Part shown: positions 1-10,096 of the stretch, piece after piece
How positions within the stretch are numbered: position 1 is the stretch's first letter
How the letters are laid out: each line of letters begins with the position of its first letter
Assembly (NCBI RefSeq): GCF_001194135.2
Contig: NC_068981.1
Coordinates: forward strand, 69,538,371 to 69,581,872
Length of the DNA stretch: 43,502 bases
Direction: 5' to 3'
Source of the DNA: Octopus bimaculoides
Lineage: Eukaryota
Notes under the pieces: model-generated
Seen by the model: the letters and a program-made list of their open reading frames with translations, nothing else
Told to the model about the DNA's origin: nothing
Databases searched by the model: none
Made by a program: the position numbers and the translations under genes

Positions 1-188
1 TGAAAGGTCTAGAGACAAAGACTTTCCTCTCTGGGCAATCTCTCATCAACTTCTTCAAGTATCACCTGAAGAGGAAGTTGAGAGTAGAAAGGGAAGTCTT
101 GTCTAGTGAATGCTTCAAAAAAAGATGGGTGAATGTAGCAAGGATGGCACGTGTGAACGACGGAGCCATCTTGAGCATAACCCTATGA
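1..188 (+). mobile_element. 3' end of a Tx1/L1-clade LINE ORF2, truncated by the window edge and followed by an A-rich 3' UTR
   Basis: The frame from position 3 reads KGLETKTFLSGQSLINFFKYHLKRKLRVEREVLSSECFKKRWVNVARMARVNDGAILSITL to TGA at 186-188. This resembles the F..(H/Q)LK.K.R.ER...F..RW C-terminus of Tx1-type ORF2. An A-rich tract follows. Confidence 0.55.
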
Positions 189-590
189 ACAAGAAAAAAA
201 AAATAATAAAACAAAAAGGCAAAAGAGAGTCACTTACTGTTATAGTTTCTTCAATGAGAATATTGACCAAGGTTACCGTGGTCTTTTCCGTGGGCTTTTC
301 CTTCCACACACGCACATATATTAATATATATATGTATGTGTGTGTGTGTGTACATATGTTGGTTACAATGTTTACCATTGGTTTCAGGTAAGAGAAATAT
401 CTTGACAGTTATCGAGCCTGCCACAGGAGAGTATTGTTTCTACGCTCACTATTGGATAAGATTATTCCTAGTTACTCTAAGTTGTACGGGATTTGGGGTT
501 GAATAAAGAAATACATAAAGCATGGCAGGGCATCTGTAAGAAAATATCTATATTTGTTCCTTAAAATTAACACTGACATCTTCCAAGATT

Positions 591-632
<42 letters not shown>

Positions 633-1706
633 TNNNNNNNNNNNNNNNNNNNNNNNNNNNNNNNNNNNNNNNNNNNNNNNNNNNNNNNNNNNNNNNNNNN
701 NNNNNNNNNNNNNNNNNNNNNNNNNNNNNNNNNNNNNNNNNNNNNNNNNNNNNNNNNNNNNNNNNNNNNNNNNNNNNNNNNNNNNNNNNNNNNNNNNNNN
801 NNNNNNNNNNNNNNNNNNNNNNNNNNNNNNNNNNNNNNNNNNNNNNNNNNNNNNNNNNNNNNNNNNNNNNNNNNNNNNNNNNNNNNNNNNNNNNNNNNNN
901 NNNNNNNNNNNNNNNNNNNNNNNNNNNNNNNNNNNNNNNNNNNNNNNNNNNNNNNNNNNNNNNNNNNNNNNNNNNNNNNNNNNNNNNNNNNNNNNNNNNN
1001 NNNNNNNNNNNNNNNNNNNNNNNNNNNNNNNNNNNNNNNNNNNNNNAGATGCTCATTAAGCATCATTACGATATTTCATAGCTCCTTAAAGCTATCATAA
1101 CTGCGTTCCACCAATGCTACTACTGGTGATATCATCAAATTTTGAATTTATCCACAGATGATATGAACAGTAGTGACATCTAACTTCAAATCTCAGTGTT
1201 TGAATATTTCATTTAAATATTTTTACGCACCATGTGTTCTGATTTTGGCGCAAAACAAAACCAGTTGCACAGTCAGAGACTAACGTGAACAGTCATGAAT
1301 TTAAACCGGTGGTCCACACTGACGAAGCTCAAGGTTGAATAACCAAAAGCAGAAACCTGGTTTGTGGATATTCGTAATTGCATAAAATTTTTATTTGTGT
1401 TGTTAAATGTTTTTATTCGGTCTGTTTTCCTCGCATATTGTTTTTCTCTGTTATATTGGTGCGCTACGGTGGATTATTTAAGACTTGGCTTTTATTTCTA
1501 GCAGCTAGATGCTCATTAAGCATCATTACGATATTTCATAGCTCCTTAAAGCTATCATAACTGCGTTCCACCAATGCTACTACTGGTGATATCATCAAAT
1601 TTTGAATTTATCCACAGATGATATGAACAGTAGTGACATCTAACTTCAAATCTCAGTGTTTGAATATTTCATTTATATATATATATATATGTATATCTAT
1701 ATATAT

Positions 1707-1979
1707 TTAAGAGTTGAGGAATTATGTACATTATTTACATTGACGGATATTTGTCCTCATCTTGATTGTTGTTAACATAACATTTCGGCTGATATACACT
1801 CCAGCCTTCATGTGGCTTGCTGAAATTTCAAACTTGGGTTCTCATTCCTAAAGTATTTTTCGATGTTGTTGTTGTTGTTGTTATTATTATTATTATCATT
1901 ATTATTATTCAGGCCACTGCCTGGAATCGGATCGTATTCCGAGTTCGAGTCCAGGCAGTGACCTAAATGATAATAATAA
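1707..1979 (-). mobile_element. Short ORF-less PLE-terminal-repeat element (tRNA-head remnant, (AAT/AAC)n, degenerate hammerhead) with an inverted 5' end
   Basis: The minus strand matches 35043-35270 (ttccaggcagtg, (aat)n(aac)n, aatgagaacccaag, ggctg..cagccgaaa, gatgaggacaaatatccgtc, gtaaataatgtacataattcc). The hammerhead core has lost CTG. 1937-1979 is an inverted copy of the B-box/AAT segment. Confidence 0.8.
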
Positions 1980-2328
1980 GTCGATTACATCGACCCCACT
2001 GTGTAACTGGTACTTTATTCACCGACCAGGAAGGATGAAAAGCAAAGTCGACCTCGGCAAAATTTGAACCCAGAAGGTAACTGCAGACGAAATACCTATT
2101 TCGTCATTGCCCACAAGGGGCTAAACATAGAGGGAACAAACAAGAACAGACGAACGGATTAAGTCGATTACATCGACCCCAGTGCGTAACTGGTACTTAA
2201 TTTATCGACCCCGAAAGGATGAAAGGCAAAGTCGACCTCGGCGGAATTTGAACTCAGAACGTAACGGCAGACGAAATACCGCTAAGCATTTCGCCCGGCG
2301 TGCTAACGGTTCTGCCAGCTCACCGCCC
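1979..2328 (-). mobile_element. tRNA-derived SINE, family A (Meta-domain-like core): one near-full copy plus a tandem partial copy
   Basis: The minus strand reads ggcggtgagctggcagaaccgttagcacgccgggcgaaatgc...gagttcaaattcc (A/B boxes), then gtcgactttgcctttcatcctttcggggtcgataaattaagtaccagt. The core recurs at 1979-2100 and in other copies in the window. Confidence 0.85.
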
Positions 2329-2480
2329 TAGGGAACTTGACTATAGTAAAGTATATGTAAATGTCACTAATAGTGATATAGCCATTATAATGAATGCACG
2401 GAAATTATTACTTTTTCAAGATAATTCCTATTCGGTGACATTCCTCAGTACAGAACAATCACTATATATAAAATAGTGTC

Positions 2481-3780
2481 CATATTCTCAATATAAAATA
2501 GTGTACATTTAAACACAAGATAAAACTGCCTTCAACAGGCAGTTTGTAGACGCTAGAAGAAGTAGTCAAAACGCCCAAAAACCACTCGTTAATGCGTGAG
2601 CTCTTGAATACCGCCGACTGATACTGCGCTTGCGCAGTAAATTTGAAGAGCTATAATGTATAACGAAGAGATACGTGTTAATCGTCTCTTAATCATATGT
2701 TAATGTTATGGCGCGGTCACTCATGAAATATTTCGCCTAGCAAATTAATTTATTTTACTCTTTTACTTGTTTCAGTCATTTGACTGCGGCCATACTGGAG
2801 CACCGCCTTTAGCCGAGCAGGTCGACCGCAGGACTTATTCTTTGTAAACCTAGAATTTATTCTATCGGTCTCTATTGCCCAACCGCTAGGTTACGGGGAC
2901 GTAAACACACCAGGATTGGTTGTCAAGCGATGTTGGGGGACAAACACAGAAACATATACACACATACATACATATATATATACATATATACGACGGGCTT
3001 CTTTCAGTTTCCGTCTACCAAATCCAGTGGCACCTTGGGCAAAAAGAATTTAGAAACCTAGGTCTAACCGGAATAAAATAACAAGGTAAAAGTTTTCATT
3101 TTTCATTCCTTTTGAAGATTGCTCTTAAATGCTGTTTTGGCCATTTTGACTACTTCTAGCGTGTAAAAACTGCCTGTTGAAGGCAGTTTTCTCGTCTGTT
3201 TAAATGTACACTATCTTTTATTGAGAATATGTTGTGTATTGACTTTTCATACATGCTAGGCCACTGGTGGTGAAATTTCGAAAAAAAACTCACTACCCTT
3301 TATATATTTTATGTATGTTTTTAGCAATTTTTAAAGGATTAGTTCGGCAGTCATTCATTTACTGCCAACTGATATTGCGCTTGCGCAGTGAATTTGAAAA
3401 ATTATAATGTATAGTGAAGAGACACGTGTTAATCGTCTTTACATTATGTTAGTGTTATGACGGGCTCATAGATGAAAAATTTCGCCTAGCAAATTATTTT
3501 ATTTGCTAAAAAAATTTAGAAACCTTCATCTGACCGAATAAAATAACAAGGTAAAAGTTTTTATTTTTCATTCCTTTTGAAGATTGCTCTTAAATGTTGT
3601 TTTGGTCGTTTTGATTACGTCTTCTAGCGTGTAAAATATGCCTGTTGAAGGCCGTTTTCTCTTGTGTTTAAACGTACACTAGTTTATATTTAGAATATGC
3701 TGTCTCTTTGTATTTTATACATGCTAGGCCACTGGTGGTGAAATTTCAAAAAAGTACTCACAACCCATATATATTTTACG
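2481..3780. mobile_element. MITE-like non-autonomous DNA element with ~100 bp inverted repeats and a tandemly duplicated ~460 bp right part
   Basis: 2481-2582 is the reverse complement of 3134-3231 and of its second copy near 3600-3700. 2610-3330 (minus the SINE) and 3361-3780 are diverged direct repeats. There is an internal palindrome tactgcgcttgcgcagta. Confidence 0.65.
2757..3042 (-). mobile_element. SINE family B (CORE-like), 5'-truncated, inserted into the MITE-like unit
   Basis: It is the reverse complement of the body and tail of the full copy at 22945-23360 (gtagacggaaactgaaagaagcccgtcg ... gactgaaacaagtaaaagagt). It interrupts a sequence that is contiguous in the second repeat unit near 3490-3520. 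Confidence 0.85.
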
Positions 3781-3842
3781 TATATATATATATATATNNN
3801 NNNNNNNTATATATATGACAAATATATATATATATATTAGTA

Positions 3843-3843
3843 G

Positions 3844-3905
<62 letters not shown>
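3843..3905. repeat. (GATA)n microsatellite
   Basis: Perfect tetranucleotide run visible directly. Confidence 0.95.
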
Positions 3906-3906
<1 letters not shown>

Positions 3907-4740
3907 CAGACAGAATTTGGCCGATCACTTGTTTGTAAAAATCTGATGAATGTACATTTTTTCCTATATATTGTTTTTTTTTTTCAGAACCATTCAATGA
4001 ACATGAATCTACCAGCTTTTCTTGATTTATATATGAGAATATTATGCTTCTGAAACATAACCTACGGTCATAGGGAAGTAATATCTTGTCGAAGTTCTCT
4101 TACGTTTGGTATTTATGTCACTAAGAATTAGGCTCGGGTTATAATTTTGCGAAAATTATTAAGGGATGCATTTTCTTTGCTATCTTAACAATCTTATAGA
4201 ACACTGTTTATTTTATAAATGTTTGTGTTTCTGAACAATAGTTTTGATTAATGTTATTAGGTCCCTAGGACCTTTTCTCTGGGAAACCTACCCAATATTA
4301 CATTTGGAAAGGGGTTTCGTGTTTGTTGTCAGTACTATTCTCCTCTTTAGTTTTGCTCGTTAATGTAATGTTAATAACTGCTGCTTTTAAAGAAAAAAGT
4401 TATTCAACTCAGTAACGTTTTAGAATCTTTTCTCAGCAGTAGATGTTATTTCATTTCTACAGTCAAGACTTCAGATGATGTAACTAATTATGACCTGAAG
4501 CTGCTGTAATTACGCCGGAAATATAGCAGACCTTCAATTATGATCTTATTGTTATATATTGTAATACTGGACAACATCCATAGTTACCTTACGTCCATGA
4601 CATTGATATCATCTAATTGTCGAAGAAGGCAAATGGATATTATGTGTCGCGCATGTTATAAGGTAAAAATACGATGTTCGCTCAAATTTCGCTGAGGTTG
4701 ACTTTGTCTTCTATGTTTTCAGGGTTGATTGAATAAGTTT

Positions 4741-4960
4741 TACGGATATTTGTCCTCATCTTGTTTGTTGTTAACTAAACGTTTCGGCTGATACACTGTC
4801 CAGCCTTCTTCAGGAGTCTTGGGGAAATTTTAACCTGGGTTGTCATTTATAAGGTAATTTTCGTTGTTGTTGTTGTTGTTATTATTATTTAGTTTGCTGC
4901 ATGGAATCAAACTCGGAATCTTAGAGTTAGTAGCCCGCGCTCTTAACCACCACACCGTAT
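4741..4960 (-). mobile_element. Stand-alone tRNA-headed, hammerhead-bearing short element (PLE terminal-repeat type)
   Basis: The minus strand reads atacggtgtggtggttaagagcgcgggctactaactctaagattccgagtttgattcc (A and B boxes), then (aat)/(aac)n, the hammerhead motif and gatgaggacaaatatccg. It is collinear with 34996-35230, but no PLE ORF lies upstream. Confidence 0.85.
4773..4818 (-). ncRNA. Minimal type I hammerhead ribozyme motif (best-preserved copy in the window)
   Basis: GACUC-CUGAAGA-A-GGCUG(gacaguguau)CAGCC-GAAA-CGU-U-UAGUU. It has an intact CUGANGA and GAAA core, a perfect 5 bp stem II, a palindromic ACGU stem III, a GUU triplet and 4/5 pairs in stem I. Confidence 0.75.
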
Positions 4961-4984
4961 AGGAAATTGACAGTAAATTGACTT

Positions 4985-5215
4985 CATCAAATGCCAAGGG
5001 ATGGGGATACTTAGAAGGGGTTGATAGCTTCCATTATCTGGGTGAAAAAGTTAGCAGTGGAGGTGAATGCGCAGAGAGCTTTTATCGTTTTTGGAAACAA
5101 AGGGCTTATCCATCAAAGAGAAAAGTAGAAGTAGATTACGTGATGCCTGTTTGCAAACAACATGCTATTCAGCAGTGAAACATGAGCTGTAACTGCACAG
5201 GCCATGTCTTCTGTA
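4985..5215 (+). mobile_element. RTE-clade LINE ORF2 C-terminal fragment, frameshifted
   Basis: LEGVDSFHYLGEKVSSGGECAES matches the LEVVD.F.YLG..+SS.GG motif downstream of RTE RT. A shifted frame gives KGLSIKEK..RL.DAC, matching KGLS...KGRLY.AC. Confidence 0.7.
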
Positions 5216-5219
5216 GTCA

Positions 5220-6310
5220 CAGCCCATGTTTATGGTGGGTCCTTGACTACTAGTATATTATTGTTCCCACTGTAATATACTTCTACCACTATTCTGTTGC
5301 GGCGGTATTCCGCGACTTATTATCTTTGACTCGTCTATCGTGCTATCGCTGATAGGTCCGCAAGACAATCATTTTGAAACGTCTACCCTGACGGTAACAC
5401 GAAATCGACTATAACACGTAACTGACATTTAACTCCAACTGAGAACTCGTACGATTCTAACACAACTGACCACCTACAACGACTTGAATGGTTTATAGTG
5501 ACATGAACAATTTTGTCATGTGGGAAGGGGAGTACCATTTTCATTAGAATGCCTTCTTTATTGCCCCGAGGAGGCCAAACATATAGGGGATGATACAACT
5601 GAGGGAGGCGTCGATAAAACGAATGACTTTACAAAAGATGAATAGTTAAAAATTTAAGTTAGAATTTTTGTAAATCGGATGATGATAACAAACAATAGCA
5701 CATACAACGAACTGGAGGACGGGTTTCGCTTCGACCCCGCAAACCCCGTGCCACTACTGTGACCTTCTGTATAACCTTATGGATCTACTATGCGGGTTCA
5801 TTCATTCTCAACAATCACGCTACAGCCGTCCATCTTTTCCCATATACATCAGGTGAGAGGCATTTTCTCCCCACCCTTATTTTCCTCTTAAGTTGGTGAA
5901 TGAGGAAATTAACAAGTCCAAGGCTGGACGATGCACCTGCCTTTGCCAATTTTGGAGTTCCATTGCAGAGGCTTGGAAGATAGTAATTTTGTCTTCCAAG
6001 ATTGCAGTGTTAGCCGACACCAGCCAAGCACGATCCACCTTAGGTGATATATCTCACACCTTAATCTTGGAAGGCGGCCTTCAGAAGACATGTGGGGAGG
6101 AGAACCACCTCTGATGTTCTTAAAGGTTCCGTCGACGCCTTCTTGGCTTTTTCTTCGGTCTTAAAACGTACTTCGATCTTGACATATTTGGTTCCTCTTG
6201 TAAGGTATCCTACGTCGTTTCACACTGGTTACAACTCGACTACTTCCTTGCTGGCCATGTCCAATTTTTTCGTTCTTAACAAAAGCGATTTAGAGATTAT
6301 CGCACGTCGT
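5220..6310 (-). mobile_element. Probable 3' region/LTR of the adjacent Gypsy element; boundaries not resolved
   Basis: It lies directly downstream of the integrase on the minus strand, is more GC-rich than the flanks, and contains a purine tract near 5868-5890 and an AATAAA near 5557-5562 on the minus strand. There is no second LTR in the window to confirm it. Confidence 0.3.
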
Positions 6311-7150
6311 AGAGCGTTATGAGTTGTCTCACTTGGAGGGGTAATTTTATTTTCGCTTCCGTCCTTTTTTATCATACTTTTGTATTTATTCATCCCTCGT
6401 CTCTTTTTAGTGTTTTTGTTTGCAACTTAATATTTTTTCTTGTTGGTGCCTATTTCTAGGAACTTTGTTTTCTTCCTTTTTCTTCTACTTGTACGCGTGG
6501 GTTCAACTACTTCTAACGGTGTTGGTACCTGGAATGTGTCATACATCCATTTCATACGTTCTTCCAATATGTCTGAATCTCTTCTTCAATTGGTTTCTGT
6601 ATCTATTTCAATACCTTTTCTGTTTTTAATTCCGTACACCATTATTGCTGTGTACTTTGTAATTTTTCCTTCTTTCTAGTACCTTTTTTTTTCGTTTTTA
6701 TACGACCTCATGTACACCTTATCACCAATTTTGAAAAATATTGAATTTTCTTTCCTGGTACTTTTTCTTTCCTAGCCGGGTAACAGTTTAACAAAAATTG
6801 ATTTCACCTTCTCGCGAACATCGGTTCCTTTCGTGAGCTTCATGTTGGTGTTTTGGGGTTGGGTGTCACCCTGTATACCCTTAGAAATTGCTGCACAGTG
6901 ACATCGTCTGTGACTTTCTTGTTTACTTTTCTCAAAGCTCTTTTAAAAATGTCCACAAAACGCTCTGCCTGTCCATTTGATCTGGGACACAAATTCACTG
7001 GATACAAACTGTGTTCTATTATCAGATACAATCACATCTGGGATGCCAAATCTTGCGAATAATTCATGCCAATTTTTTTTTACCGTCTCGGAGGTTGGCC
7101 GTTTGCACATTAAAATTTCCGGCCATTGTAAAATTGTCAACTACTTTTAA
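6310..7150 (-). mobile_element. Ty3/Gypsy integrase remnant with an internal deletion
   Basis: WPEILMCKRPTSETV..HELFARFGIPDVIVSDNRTQFVSSEF is followed in another frame by PRSNGQAERFVDIFKRAL...FLRVYRVTPN. These are canonical rve D..E motifs. Confidence 0.9.
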
Positions 7151-7765
7151 GTAATTAGTCCAAAGATTACATCACACAAGAAAAAGTACATGTATTATAC
7201 ATTATAATATGTGTATCACATCCCTTTGAAAAGGTATAATTGTATAAAGGTTCATTGGATTTCAAATATCTGCCCATACTGTACCACTATTCAGCATAGA
7301 GTGAATGTTAAATGGATTGGATTTAGTTTATATTTAACTAGTGTGTGTAAGATAGAAAGAAAAGATAAAAGGTAAAAACTAAAATGTAAAAGATAAAAGA
7401 AATAGAAGTACAACCCAGAGTAATAAAACTAAAAATAAGAATAATAAAGTTAGATACAATATAAATAAGATTTAGCAGTATTGGAATAAAGTAACAAAAG
7501 AAATAAAAACATAAAATAAGAGATAAAGAGATAAAATAATATAGAGCTGAGAACAGGAGGTTGGCTTGGATGAGATGTTAGGGGTCATGAATAATTTCCT
7601 AGCTTGACCACTAGGATTCATAAATAATTTCCTAGCTTGAATTAGAGATTAAGGTTGTAATATGCTATCATTGTGATGAAAGGTCAGTTTACCCAAACAC
7701 AACACTAAACATTTCTAGCTTCATAAACTTATCTATTACATGGGTACATGCACATACATAGAAAT

Positions 7766-7852
7766 CACTGGGGTCGATATAATCGACTTAATCCGTTTGT
7801 CTGTCTTTGTTTGTCCCCTCTGTGTGTAGCCCCTTGTGGGTAGTAAAGAAAT
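7766..7852 (+). mobile_element. SINE family A 3' fragment
   Basis: cactggggtcgatataatcgacttaatccgtttgtctgtc...ccccttgtggg..aaagaaat matches the tail of the 2104-2328 copy. Confidence 0.8.
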
Positions 7853-8149
7853 AACACACGCACTCATACAGATACATACGTTAAAATGCTCGAACGTATA
7901 CATGTCCGTCTCTTTACGCACAGTACTAAATACATGAATATACACATACATCTCCACACATATCTACAGTTATACCCTAGTAACCTATACATACAATCAA
8001 ATATCCACACATATTTAATCATACGTACAGATATAGATATATCTCCATGTATAGTATCCGCATACATGCATACAATACACATACAATACACCTTACAAGT
8101 GTATATCTTGTTTTTGAGTACGTAACAGTTATATTTGATATACTATTCC

Positions 8150-9723
8150 CAATAAATTGAGTTCCATATATTAAAAAAATTCTTTTAAGTTTTTTTAGAT
8201 CTGTCTTTCCAAATCCAATAGCCCTGGTATTAAGAAACAACAAGTTCAAATGAGGAGTGATCAATAAACGAAATGATTTAAAAAGAAAAGTAATAAATAT
8301 AAGTGATAAAATGGAGCAGCAAATTAACAATAAGTGAAATAATTGATATAGAGATATAAGGTTCTATAAGATTAGAGTTTTACAAGAATCATAAAAAAAA
8401 AATAATAGTTAAAGAGCATTAGAAGAAGTAAAAATGCTGACATAATAAACCGGTGATATCAGAAAGATGTAAAATATCAAAAATATCAAAAACCATCAAA
8501 TATATTTGGAAATCCATAAAAGATACATGACAAGATACATAAAAAGATAAATGATAATAGGTTACAGTGAGATAAAAATAAAATCAAGGTGTGAAAAGTA
8601 AAGTGAAAATGTAAAAAAATAAAATAAAATGAGATGAAAATTAAATGGGAGTTAAAAAATAAGGTGCCAAGAAAAATTATAATAATAGAAATAATATAGT
8701 GATTGGAGAAATTTCAAGTTTATCTACTTGTATAAATTATATGTCATTCGGCAACTTCTACTATACACCTACTTTAATTGTTCAGGAAGTGTCATGTGAA
8801 GTTAAAAGAGTCTATGTTCCGATCCGCAAATGATTACTAGTATAATATTGTTATAAACATTATTGAAGTTACAAGTGTTAGCTAATATGACCTTACTTAT
8901 ATGGCAGTGTTATTCGAAATTATATATTTAGATATGTTCTCTATAAATAAGTCTAAAGTCCTTGGATTGTTTACTATATGTGTACTATTAGGGCTCAGAA
9001 TCTAGCTAGGCGAAAGTAAACAAAATAAGTAAGTAGTTGGGGGTAAGCCCAGGACTTGTTAATTCAATGCCCCAACAGCGGCAGGTCGGAACAGATGAGG
9101 GAATTTCCAATGAGAGATGATAATGAGGGTATTAAAATTGATAACGGTGGCTTAAGGCTTAGAGTATTTAAAGGTTTTAGTTATTCTATGCATACAGAGT
9201 GGTTTGAATTCCGATCTTTTATTAAATAGCTTGTCTTTATCACGTAATCTAATGATTTTCAAGAGTTCTAAGGAACATAGCTGGCAACCAGTTCTATTAT
9301 TTTTTTATAAATCGCTGCTGATCCAACTATGGACCATCTAAGATAAAATTTAATTTTTTCGTCTTTAAGTTCCTATATCCTACGTGATAATTAAGTGCTC
9401 TTAGCCTTACGTTTGAGTATAAATGATGACCTATGGTTATAGAACCTAGTTCTCCAGGCGGATGAACAACCAAAATAGGTGAGAATGTTCGATTCCGTAA
9501 TTATTTCACAGGAGTAGACTATGTTTTTTGCTAGGCAGTTTCCTCGTAAAGGACATGTTGTTCTTGCACAATTGCACCCACATTTATAATTGTCAAACCG
9601 TCGGATACTTGCACGTGGAGGGTAAATGTTGATAGAATTGCTATCTCGGTTACTTATAGGGTAGTTAGAGTCTAATTGACTAAAGCCTTTCAAGATCCTT
9701 GATCTTACCACACTTTCAAACAC
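8150..9723 (-). mobile_element. PLE remnant of the Cys-rich-linker type (Naiad-like, clade tentative): GIY-YIG endonuclease, 3' repeat and probable start of a tandem copy
   Basis: CGCNCARTTCPLRGNCLAKNIVYSCEI...TYFGCSSAWRTRFYNHRSSF continues past the stop as LSRRI*ELKDEKIKFYLRWSIV..C.LCSLE...FNKRSE...CMH to about 9170. This is a PLE GIY-YIG C-terminal signature. Confidence 0.8.
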
Positions 9724-9890
9724 TTTACGTCCCGTAACTTAGCGGTTCGGCAAAGAACCGATAGAATAAGTACAAGGCTTCCAAAGAATAAGACCTGGGG
9801 TCGATTTGCTCGACTAAAGAGGATGCTCCAGTATGGCTACAGTCAAATCACTGAAACAAGTAAAAGAGTAAAAGAGTAAAGAGTAAGAGT
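9724..9890 (+). mobile_element. SINE family B 3' fragment abutting the PLE remnant
   Basis: tttacgtcccgtaacttagcggttcggcaaag...gactgaaacaagtaaaagagt with a (taaaagag)n tail. Confidence 0.85.
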
Positions 9891-10017
9891 ATATATATAA
9901 GAGAACTTAATGATCCGCGCACTCTTTTCTATGAATTCATGCATTACAGTATTAATTTTATATGTACCTTTAGTTACATAGTACACACACACTCAAACAC
10001 ACATGCATAGGTAAAAA

Positions 10018-10028
10018 GATAGACAGAC

Positions 10029-10082
<54 letters not shown>

Positions 10083-10096
10083 GTAGATAGATAGAT
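10018..10096. repeat. (GACA)/(GATA)n microsatellite
   Basis: Directly visible. Confidence 0.95.

Noticed and set aside
384-394. Strong splice-donor-like CAG|GTAAGA
   Set aside because: There is no supporting acceptor or recognisable coding exon upstream. Such motifs occur by chance in 43 kb.
472-1100. Long ORFs spanning N runs (also near 12.3, 19.8-21.0, 31.0-32.2 and 41.2-42.1 kb)
   Set aside because: They are artefacts of N gaps and dinucleotide or trinucleotide repeats, not genes.
1047-1675. Identical 169 bp direct repeat (1047-1215 and 1507-1675)
   Set aside because: It is 100% identical, and one copy starts exactly at a gap edge. This is most likely a scaffolding or gap-filling artefact.
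4469-4500. C/D-box-like ttcag ATGATG...CTGA with a terminal stem
   Set aside because: It is only ~30 nt with an imperfect box C, too short for a snoRNA.
7588-7650. Hairpin cctag..ctagg followed by GAAA on the minus strand, hammerhead-like
   Set aside because: There is no CUGANGA, and the pattern is confounded by a short local tandem duplication.
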